From: Oikopleura dioica
Lineage: Eukaryota; Animalia; Chordata
DNA length: 64,000 nucleotides
Assembly: GCA_907165135.1 (NCBI GenBank)
Contig: OU015569.1
Coordinates: 5,022,001-5,086,000 of the forward strand
Reading direction: 5' to 3'
Positions 35,777 through 49,648 of this stretch are shown piece by piece; positions within the stretch are counted from its first letter, which is position 1, and each line of letters starts with the position of its first letter. The notes under the pieces were generated by a model that was given only the letters and a program-made list of their open reading frames with translations, ran no database searches and was not told where the DNA came from. A program made the translations under genes and the position numbers.

Positions 35777-37463
35777 TTAGGTAAAATATTTTTCATTCTT
35801 TGAAGGTCTGTTCAAAAGGCCGCCTACCACCCTTTTTGTATTAAGCTCTTTAACTAAAAACTTTGCAAAAAGTTTTTCTGCTTCTTTCGCCGTAAAAGCG
35901 GGAGAAGATTTCAGCTTAAGAATGTTAGAAAATTCTTAAAAAAAAACGATTATACCTTTGAGAGAATATCACCTAATTTTGACTTTTTCTTTGACGATAT
36001 TATCTTTGTCACATCATTGATTATTTTCGTGGCAAGTTTATCAGTCATTGATAGAAAACTAAGCTCTCTTAGAGAGTCTGCAGACCGTTGATCGGTGATT
36101 TCGACCGATGCGGCGATCTCGCGGAGCCTACTTCTTGCCAGAGCTTGCCTTAAGCCTGTTGTTTTTGCTTTTGATTCTTTCTTGAACGCGTTTCTTAGGG
36201 AACGAGTTGAAGAATTTGTTCTGGTTAATGGAAAATTCTTCGTCCGACTGCACTCAAGAAGACTTGGTCTATGAGTGCTTGGTTTGCGTGCGATTTTTGG
36301 AAGCGTGATCGTGTGACATTTTCAGTTTTCGTAAGCGCCTCAAGGTGACCATTTTGCGATTGTTTTATCATTTCCATCGTTTCTTCGTGATCTTGCAGAT
36401 ATTGATTCTCCGGTGTGTCCATCGAATTTTGAATTTCTGTCCCGTTGACATGATTGTAAGTGTAGTCGGAATCTTGTATATCCTCACTCACATTTTCATG
36501 ACCATAACTTTGCAGGTGCGAAGAGCAATCTGCTTCCGCTCCTAATTCATTCACTGAAGACGTCGATAATTGAATTTCTGAATCCTCATCAATCGTAAGA
36601 GAACTTATATCTGGCACAGAAGGCGCTCGTTCGTTCATTATGTCGAAATCTGATGAAGATGGTACACTTGGAACGCATCCGTTCATTATGTCGAAATCTG
36701 ATGAAGACGGTACACTTGGAACGCATTCGTTCATTGTGTTTATATGGTCAAGATCAGGGTCTCGAAAAATACGAGGCCAGGCGGCAGCCACAACCCACTC
36801 ATACTCTTTTGGTTTCCACCTCTTAGAGACCCACCTCCGCTGGCCGCCAGGGTTCAGCGGCCACTTGGTGATTCATCTTGCGTTAACGCGACCCAGTCCG
36901 AATTTTACATTATCCGAGGCTGAAATTCGGTCTCCAGTGGAATCCAGCGGCCAGCGGCTGGCTTTGCCGCCAGAGCGTGGATTCGAAAAATGAATGGAGG
37001 CCGTAAGCGAAGGGCGCGCGGAGTATGAATAAATCCTCGCCGCCGCATGGCTGCCAATTTTTCGAAACCCTGGTCAAGATTCATCACACTTGGAACTCGA
37101 CCATAAAAACCTCCGTTAAATCAGTCAGTTCAGAGTTATTCGCCTGAACCTCATCGTGGGAATAAACAGAAATGGTGTCAATATTAAGAATTGACGGAGC
37201 TGTGCCAAGCGGTTCATTTAGATTATCAAGTCTCTCGAGATCAAGAACACTGAAATGCAAAATTAACTTTAATTCAATCAATCTTGAACGAATAAAAACC
37301 TTGGTACTTGAAGAAGATTAACAGGAGCTTCATTGGGGTCAAAGTCATAGTTAGACACAGCATCAATAGAATCGATATTCATGACGCTTGGCGCTGGACC
37401 AAGTGCGCATAAATCATCTGGTGGTGGTTCAACAGGCATCATAGAGACGCCAAACTCGGACAT
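35777..37463 (-). CDS. Transposon cargo protein: acidic repetitive N-terminus, basic helical C-terminus, multi-exon
   Basis: Exons MSEFGVSMMPVEPPPDD..., 16-aa repeat MNxCVPSVPSSSDFDI (48-bp unit, about 36630-36740), ...AEKLFAKFLVKELNTKRVVGGLLNRPSKNEKYFT*. Confidence 0.55.
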
Positions 37464-37660
37464 CGTCTAAATACTTTAACAATTAATCCTTATCCAAGAT
37501 TTTATCGAACAAATTGCTTAAGGGTAACAATCACGTAAAAAATAAGGAAAGAGTGAAAGAAAAGGATAAACATCGTAGAACATTGACATCATAACAGAAC
37601 TTCTCATCCACGACGACGACTTAAAAAAGAAAAATGAACTCCACATCATATAATTCGATT

Positions 37661-39050
37661 TTACCACAAGTTTTTTGGAAACAACGATGTGAGAGAGACA
37701 AATTTTCCACACAGTAATTCGTAATAACCCTGATGTCGTCCACCTTGATTGTAAGATCGTCTTATTCTTTGTTGGAGACGTAGCTCATCATATGCACGAT
37801 GAAGTTGATATATTCTGTAGTCTAAACACCTCGTCATTTCCAAAACATCTATTGTTTCTTTAGATATTTGATTCCAATTTGAAGGCTTGTCAAGTTTTTG
37901 GAAGAAAAAACTTTTAACCAATCGTTCAGCTTTTAATCTGAGCCATTCTTTCGAAGAGATCGTCTTAAATATAACAGCAAGCTCAAGAGGCCTCTTAACC
38001 ATAAATTTTGCAATTTCTCGATCGTCTAGATCAGAGCTGGTTATTTGATAACTGTCGTCACTCGAAAAGAAAAAGAATTAATTTTTAGAGAAATTTTGGA
38101 GACTTTTAAAGCGCTTACTTCTATTATCTTTTTTCTAAAGCTTTCTGAAGATGATTGAACGAGACGAACGCGAAAGATAGAAAAACGACGCGTAAATATT
38201 AATTCGCACACTAAAATTTTTTTGACAGATCATAGGACGCGAATTCGACAGCCATGATCCCGATTATAATCGAAAATTCATATGATAAGCGGTACCGCAC
38301 ATTCAAAAGAGCAATTTATGACAGGCCCGCCCTGAAAATGGAAAACGAAAAACGACTCGACAGTCATAGTGGCTTCAGTTCTTTCCAATATATCTTCTAA
38401 TGCCCTGTACATTTGCTTTGGAGCAAACTCAGGGAGTTGGCTTTGCACGACACGAGACATCATAAAGGTAAGATTCGCCATGGTCCCCGAGCCATCATTT
38501 GACACTTCGAAGGAATTAAGGAATCGTGGGATTTTTCCAAGGTATTGTTTTCGAGCATCCATGGTTTTAACTAAGCAGATCAATTTTTATACTTTTGAAG
38601 CAATAATCAACGATCAGAAAGCAGAAAAAGCGGGTGTGCGCTCCGCGCCTGTCTTAAAGGAAACCCGCAACTTTCTAGAATTGATGGCCTTGAGGGCGTT
38701 GTTGAATTCAGGTTATAGGGACTTTTGCTGATTTCTAAAATGGTCTTTATAGCCTCGATGGCCATGATGTCCTTGATGGCCTTGTCGACAATCTCTTTTT
38801 CTTTTATCGCCAGAGAGAAATGAAAAAAATCGGTCAAAACGAAAAACACAAAGAAACCGACTTAAGCCGACCACCCACCGACCAAACCCCACCACCGATC
38901 AAATCAAAAAAATCCATGGTAGGATCGTTCGGTGCCAATATAAACCCCACCATTTCCGACTAGGTCGAGTTTTTGGTCGGGTCGATGGCCTTGATGGCCA
39001 TGCTGGCCGTGATGGCCTTGATTGCCTTGTTGACAATTTCAGGTTCATCC
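37661..39050 (-). CDS. Further transposon cargo ORF(s) of unknown function
   Basis: Open segments 38002-37661, 38583-38278 and 38849-38607; internally duplicated EIV(D/N)KAIK.I.A motif at about 38800 and 39040. Confidence 0.35.
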
Positions 39051-39098
39051 CTATTAAAGGTGTAACGAACGTAAGTGATCTTAATTCTCGGTCCGAGC

Positions 39099-40310
39099 CA
39101 GAGTTGCAGATTTTTGAAAATTTTTGTGAGCTGAGCTAGCTGAGCTGTGGTCGAAATTGAGCTGAGCTGGCCCCTTGAAAAGCAACTGAGCTGAGCTGGA
39201 TTTTTCGAAAAAATGAACTGAGCTGAGCTGAGCTTGGGCTAATTTGAAAATTTTTGAGCTAAGCTGAGCTGACAATTTTTTTAAGCTGAACTGAGCTGAG
39301 CTGGCCCCTTGAAAAGCAACTGAGCTGAGCTGAATTTTTCGAAAAAAATGAGCTGAGCTGAGCTGAGCTTGGGCTAATTTGAAAATTTTTGAGCTGAGCT
39401 GAGCTGACAATTTTTTTAAGCTGAGCTGAGCTGAGCTGGCCCCTTGAAAAGCAACTGAGCTGAGCTGGATTTTTCGAAAAAATGAGCTGAGCTGAGCTGA
39501 GCTTGGGCTAATTTGAAAATTTTTGAGCTGAGCTGAGCTGACAATTTTTAAGCTGAACTGAGCTGAGCTGACCCCTTTGAAAACAACTGAGCTGAGCTGA
39601 GCTGAGCTGGATTATTTCGAAAAATTTGAGCTGAGCTGAGCTGAGGTTTATCTGTTAGTTTTTGAGCTGAGCTGATGATTTTTCAAACTGAGCTAGCTGA
39701 GCTGAGCTTACAATTTTTTCAAGCTGAGCTGAGCTGAGCTAGCTGAGTTGAGGTTAAAATTGAGCTAGCTGAGCTGATCTGACTTTTCTCGAAGAACCAT
39801 TGAGCTGAGCTGAGCTGAGCTGGCCCCCTTGTAAAGCATCTGAGCTGAGCTGAGCTTGGGCTTATCTGAAAATTTTTGAGCTGAGCTGAGCTGACAATTT
39901 TTTAAGCTGAACTGAGCTGAGCTGACCCCTTTGAAAACAACTGAGCTGAGCTGAGCTGAGCTGGATTTTGTCGAAAAATTGAGCTGAGCTAAGCTGGGGT
40001 TTATCTGTTAGTTCTTGAGCTGAGCTGAGCTGATGATTTTTCAATCTGAGCTTGCTGAGCTGAGCTGACAATTTTTCAAGCTGAGCTGAGCTGGGCTAGC
40101 TAAGTCGAGGTTAAAATTGAGCTAGCTGAGCTGAGCTGACTTTTCTCGAAGAACCATTGAGCTGAGTTGAGCTTGCTTTCTTCAGAAAAATTAAGCTGAG
40201 CTGAGCTGAGCTGACCCTCACCTCGAAATCGCTGAGCTGAGCTGAGCTGAGCTGTAGCTCATCTAGCTCATATAGCTCACCTCAGCTAGCTCACAAAATT
40301 TGTAACTCTG
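39099..40310. mobile_element. Non-autonomous hAT element filled with GCTGA pentamer satellite
   Basis: TIRs CAGAGTTGCAGATTTT / AAAATTTGTAACTCTG; 8-bp TSD GTCCGAGC / GTCCGCGC; interior is (GAGCT)n in higher-order units of about 120 bp. Confidence 0.8.
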
Positions 40311-40964
40311 GTCCGCGCTATTCCGATTTACGGAAAATTGTAAAATGAGGGAATTATAATGGCCTAAATTCCCTTTTATAATTTTAGACTTGTAATAGAT
40401 ATATCTGTTTAAAAAATAAGTCAAACGATAATTATAATAAATAAGTATAAGAAGGACCACCGAACATACTGTTTTTTCAGAATTTTTCTGCGCGAGGCCC
40501 ATCTAGGCCAAAACCGTGGGGGAAGTCTTTAAAGCATACCTTCTGTCTTCGTTTGAATTCTACTTTCTTTGGAGTCAGTCGTTGGCAGGATTTCTTCTGT
40601 TTTTGATTTTTTCTGCAATTAACAAGCGTCTTATATAATTTTAAGAATAAATATATATATTTAGTATACCTGTCACGGGTATCGAAAATTATTAACAATC
40701 TTTCTCTTAGCTTTCTCTTCTTCTCTTTCAATTTTGTGTGTTTCACAGAATTAACTTTCTCGAAGTGAACTGCCAGCCAGAAATTAGTTTGGAAATTTTT
40801 TCATACTGTGATTTTGATTGATGCATCCATTAAATAATCATTAATGAGCGAGGTAGTTCCGGAATCGCGAGCGCATGTGTACACTTCACCGTCGATCGAT
40901 ATTGAAACAAAAATTTTCAAAATCAAATGAGCAATATTTTTGCTCAAAATTATTATTTTCAAAA

Positions 40965-41439
40965 TTAAAAAAATAAAAAATGTAATTTAACGGCAAAAAA
41001 ATTGTTCTCAAATGACCTCAGATGACCTCAGATGACCTCAAATGACCTCAAGTGACCTCAGAGCACTATTTGATTACTTTTTGTAGTTTGTAATTTAATA
41101 AAAGTATATGCTTTGTATTTGCGAAATTAGTGCAAAACTAATCCTCAAAAAATTTTTACAGCCCAAATGTTGCCCGATTTGCTTCAATTTTCGCAAGCAC
41201 ATAGATTCGACTATAGAGATTCCAAAAAATTAAAAAAATTTTGTTATGGAAAAATTTTGCTCTATGAGCAGTTAAAATTTCGGAATTTCAACCTTTATCA
41301 AGTCCAAATGTCGAAAATTTCGAAGATTTGAGCAGACTCTAAAAACGTTTTTTATACAGTTTGAGAAGCTCTTTCAGATGAGCCAATCAGAAAAAAAAAA
41401 ATTTTTTTCGACCTGCCACAATTGGAGACTTCTACCACT
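40965..41439 (-). repeat. Right TIR with a (TGACCTC)n array
   Basis: Reverse complement of the left TIR; five TGACCT copies at 41013-41058. Confidence 0.9.
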
Positions 41440-43999
41440 AGAAATCACGGCGCTGCCACGGCCAACTTTGACAGAAAGCAAAAATTCGCCGAAGAGTGCC
41501 TTTGTCTACCCTTCACCTGAAAAACCGCCTCTTCAGGAGCGTTCGAATAATCAAACACATGATTTGACCGAAGCTTCAGAAGATCACAGTAGATGCTTGT
41601 TCGACGATTCTGATAAGGAGCCTTCTGTCATCGAAAAGTCTCATCAAGAAGAAAAAGAAAACAGTCCTGAATCTGCGACCCCTCGTTCCTTTCGCGAATT
41701 CTCCACGCAAACTCCTCCATATTTATCACCGGTTTCTGAGGTCTTATGTCCTTCTATTCCGCCAGTGACTGTAACGCCGATCGCCCCTGCAACCTCTTCC
41801 GGGACCACTCTAAAGAGGCAAAACGAGTTCAGTTTACGAAGCAAGCCCCTGAAACTTCCAGTTCCAAAAGTTCCTGCCGCCCTTGAAGAGACCATCGACA
41901 ACGACTCTTTAAACAAATCAAAGAGCGAAAATCTGCAAAATCCAAGCAAAACTAAAGATATCCCCGACCCTACTTGTGCGAATTCTGAAAGCTCCGTCGT
42001 ACTCAAGCACTCCCTTAACGATGTTAAATCAACACTGCCTAAATTTCAGGGATCCATAACGGAGACAAGTTTGTTTGAGTACTTTGAAAAGTCGCTTGTC
42101 CTGCCAAATTTTGCCGCGTGCGAAGATCCTTCAGCTAATTTGACGGATGAAAGCTCGTCCTCCGAACATGCTCGCAAATCAAAAACGTCCAGCAGTTCCA
42201 AAAGCGTGCGGCGTATGTCTTCGAAAGAAGGAAGATGTGAGAGGAAGGAAGTTTCCAAACTAGACAACACGCAAAAGTCTGAAATCAAGGAGGTCGACGT
42301 GTCATCAGATTACCATAATAACGAAACATTTGCTCTCCAAGGCGGCTCCAGAATAGAAACTTCAAGAGAAGAGAACCCAGCAACGCCCACTGAAACTACC
42401 TGCGAAACACCGGGAAAGACAATTTCGCGAAAATCTTCCACTACCTCCTCGTCATTCAGTTTCCCACCACCACCGGACTTTATCCAATCGATAGTGGTCC
42501 ACCCTTCGCCTGAGAAGAGAACTCCCAAGAAGCAGAAGACCGGTGACGTTTCCAAGAACGCCAATCTAGACAAATCTGGTTTAGCAACGGTGCTCTTTGA
42601 AACAAACAACAGCGCCCTGCCCTCGATGATGCCGGGGTCCATCATCGACTTGGTCAATGTTCCCACGGAGCCGCCTCCTCCCTCCTTGATGATGACACCA
42701 GTCAAGGAAGATCAGATTCTCGCGGAAGATCATCCTGCTAATTTGACAACAAGCGAGGGGGCACAAAGCTTCCACCTGGAATATTCATTCTCGTCGATGG
42801 AAAACTCGATTGAAATCATAGAAGACGGAAAAAGTATTGCGCGAAAAGTGGAGAATCTCTCGGCTACAGAAGAGCAGCCGAATCTCAATCTTAGGAAAGT
42901 TTCATTTTCCGTGAATCGAATCATTCACTCATGAATTTTTATTTCTGAAAACTCGCAAATGATCAATAATGGCGAAAATACCCGAAATCGTTTGCGAAAC
43001 ATTTTCTCAATTAAATTTTGATGAATGAAAAAATTGAAACTACGAAAAGCTCTAGCTCAGAAGTAGGCGAAATGGACGATACAAAGCTGCGACTTGAGCT
43101 GAGAAAGTTCAAGGTTTGCGTGCCTCCATGTCTCACCGATGCAGCCAGATGTCGATTCAAAGGCAAATTGCGAAAAATGCGCGATGTTGGAGTCGAATTT
43201 TCAGCCGAACTTATCGAAGCAATTCACACAGTGGATATTCGTGGGCCACCTACTGGGGAGAATAATTTACGAAACAAAGTTTGCAACGATTCCCGCACTC
43301 CTGGAAAAGATCCCAAACGGTAACGATAAGGTGCAAAAAATTTCAAGCACCACCGTCTTTCTTTAGATTTTTCAATTACCTCCTCCTTGATCCGCGGAAG
43401 ACAAACAATCTGACAAGAAGAGTTCAGCAAAATCCGAATCTGTCCAGTGTCGATATTTTGAAATGTTTCATGAAATCAATTTTCTACGTAGGAAAAGGTA
43501 CATTAATTCGTCAAACTTTGATTCGAATGTAGAATTCTAGGCACTGGTACTCGGGCGCACGCGCACATCAAGGAAGCGATGGACTTCAGTTCCAAGAAGC
43601 CTGGTTACAAGATGAAACTGAAAACCATTCAAGAGATTTTTGCTACGCCGAGGTCGAATGTTCAACCCAACGAGGAGCAAAACTATGGCCTGCTGGTTTG
43701 CGAATTCTCGAAAAATATTAGCAACGCTCAGGCGCTCAATCAAGAAGCTGCTATGATCGAAGGAATGGCTTCATTTATCTCCGTTTTTTAGTTATTTGAA
43801 TGAATTATGAAAAAGAACTTACGAGTGATAGCCTCCAAAAGCAATCAATATCGAGAACTTGACGAATTATAAACGCGAGAAGTTCTCGTTGAAATGGAAA
43901 GACGAAGACATTCGCGAGCTCGGGGCCGAGTTGCTCTGCCAGGCCTGCAGAATGTACCTCATTGAGAACGAGCATTTTCTGTATCCTTCACATGTGTAA
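41440..43999 (+). CDS. ANKLE1: ANKLE1/LEM-3, 3' part (disordered region, LEM domain, GIY-YIG nuclease)
   Basis: LEM: MDDTKLRLELRKFKVCVPPCLTDAARCRFKGKL; GIY-YIG: FNYLLLDPRKT...FMKSIFYVGKG...AHIKEAM...EAAMIE...LTN...ELGAELL...LIENEHFLYPSHV*. Confidence 0.9.
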
Positions 44000-44803
44000 A
44001 AGCACTGTTTTTTTATTTTTAAATATTTTAATAAATCCCACTTCACTCTTTCAAGAAAAAGTCGAGTCGGCTGTCAACTTGACCAACTGCATCGAGCTAA
44101 ACTCGCTCCTCCGAAAAGGCGATTTTAGATCATCATGCAGGATCGATTTTTCTTTTGTTGAGCGGTCTTCAAGTTGAAGATGTGTTTTCCTCGCGGGGCG
44201 GACCGCCTCAAACCGTGAGAATCGTTCGTTGACGTGAGTTGATTGGGTGAGTTTGCTTTACTGAGTTGGCGCCCGTTCCCGCCGAGCCGCTCTGCTTCAC
44301 AACACACTCCTCCGCTCCCACTCTCAAAAATATAATTCAAAAAAAATCTGAACATCTATTGCGGCGACGAGAGAAGCTCGCGTTCAAGAAGGAGAAAGGC
44401 TGCGGAATTGTTGTTACGAAAATGCGCTTTCTAAGAATTAGATGATTGGTACTAGTGTTAGTTACCGAACGAAGTAACGTCTAGGGAAAACAACCACACA
44501 GTCACAAGCGGAGACAGATGCAAGTCACAGAAGGTAATCACTGCTACTGTAGATTACATTAAGGCATCCTTCTTTTCTAAGAAATGAGTGCAAGAGTCAA
44601 TTTGCGCATGATTTTTTTTCTTTTGTGGTTTATTGGAAAATGATAGTCCAACTTGTTTGACGGAAATAGCAATAACGAACCATCTACAATGGGCTTGGTA
44701 GATTACAGACTAAAAATTCCCTTTGAGAGTGCAGTTTTAAAAAAAATAGTCGAAGAAATAGGTGCTTCAAAGAAATAGTTTATGTTTTCAAAAGGTTCTG
44801 GTT

Positions 44804-45332
44804 CTAGTTGTTGTTGACAGTTCGTTTCGTTTTCTGCTTCTTTTGTGGAGGTTCTAAAACTATTTTTGAAACGACCGATTTTCTAAGAAAACTCACCAAG
44901 GATATGATCCCATTCGGTTTCGTTAGCAACTTCATCTGATTGATTAGCGAACCAAGCTTTAGCCATTTCGGAATGGCGAGGAGACCAGGCCTGGTGATTG
45001 CTCCCGTCTCCAAACTGGAAGTGAACCCAAGTATATTTCATCGCTTCGTACATCGCATCTTTGACTCGCGGGTTCTTCCCGAACTCATCTCTGTAATCCT
45101 CAAGATGGTAGATGTCCTTCTGAGGGATCCAGGCAATTTGATGGGTGCCGTAGAAGTAGATCGGCCAGTGGAACTCGGGATCGTTAACGGGTGCAGGGAG
45201 GTTTCCTTGGTCTCTGGTGGGGCACCTGTTCGGTCGGATGCAGTCGATCCGAGCTGGCCATGCAGGGTAACTTCTCATCTTGGCGAAGACGAGGTCGCCA
45301 CTAGCCAGCGGGTGAACGGGAACGGTCGCCAT
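44804..45332 (-). CDS. HDGF/LEDGF-type PWWP-domain protein
   Basis: GDLVFAKMRSYPAWPARID...WPIYFYGTHQIAWIPQKDIYHLEDYRDEFGK. Confidence 0.85.
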
Positions 45333-45918
45333 TGACAAGGTCTATTTTCGTACTTTTCGCTTTTGTCTCTGAAAATAGAATTTTTGATTTCTGAATTGAA
45401 GTTCAAAAGCGTGAGAGGTGGATGATAAGTCTAGAAACTTTTTTCTCCGAGAAACAAATAATCATTCGAAAAAGCACGATGTCTAGTGATGAAAAATTAA
45501 GTGGGTCCTTTTTGATACGGACCAATCTGGAGTATTCATTTAATTTTCGAATTTTAGTATTTTTCTAATGTATCCTTTTTTAAATAGGGCGAAGATATTT
45601 TACCTAGTACGAGTGAATAAAGTCTCTTTTACGTTTCTTATTAGTTTACTTCTTCTCTCTTTTTGCAAAAATAACTTTTTTTTGAAGAAAAAGTTTCCTT
45701 CGGGGAATTTTTTTGTTGTTTTTAAAAGCTTTTTCTGCTCGAAATAAAACTTATTCAGCTTGTTTTGGAGCTTAGAAAATAAGAACGAACCGATATCTTC
45801 AAATTATTTTTGTCACCTTCAGTATTCCCACTCGAATCTAAGTAGACAGTCGGTTTTAGCACTATTAGTTCGCAATTTGCAATTGAGTTGGAGCGTCGCG
45901 AAAATTTTCGGCGCGAGG

Positions 45919-49308
<3,390 letters not shown>

Positions 49309-49648
49309 TGCGAGTAACTCCCGGCGAACTGCTAGACTTGTACAATCCTTTTCAATTATTATAATTCTAAGCCTACTCAATAACTTTAGCTGTATTTTTT
49401 TATTTGCTGCCCAAGTGCTCACATGTACTTTACCTTCTTTTCAATTTACTTTGCTATTTTGCCATTGATGCGATTGAATATTTCAAGAAGCGCTAACTTA
49501 TAAATAATTACTGTATAAAAGATGGAATAAAGTTCGATCGTTTCAAAATTCGATGTTTATTATTCAAGTATATGTAAAGGGTCAAGTGTATGCTTATTGG
49601 TGTAGGCTACAGATTGAAGATTATTTATTTATAATATCGGTGAAGAGT

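Larger units (their letters stand above)
27825..41439 (-). mobile_element. 13.6-kb CACTA/CMC-superfamily DNA transposon with cargo genes
   Basis: About 470-bp TIRs (27825-28300 vs about 40965-41439), CACTG left terminus, probable 2-bp AG target duplication, internal CMC-type transposase motifs; all internal genes on the minus strand. Confidence 0.85.

Noticed and set aside
39099-40310. CRISPR-like repeat/spacer array, and ORFs 39081-39410 and 39862-40071
   Set aside because: Eukaryotic context; the 'spacers' are themselves duplicated; the ORFs are translations of the pentamer satellite.
27825-41439. Polinton/Maverick identity, suggested by the size, long TIRs and cysteine protease
   Set aside because: No protein-primed PolB, integrase, ATPase or capsid motifs; the protease is C48-like, the transposase has CMC motifs, and there is no 6-bp TSD.
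41644-42924. Several minus-strand ORFs
   Set aside because: Antisense shadows of the long ANKLE1 exon.
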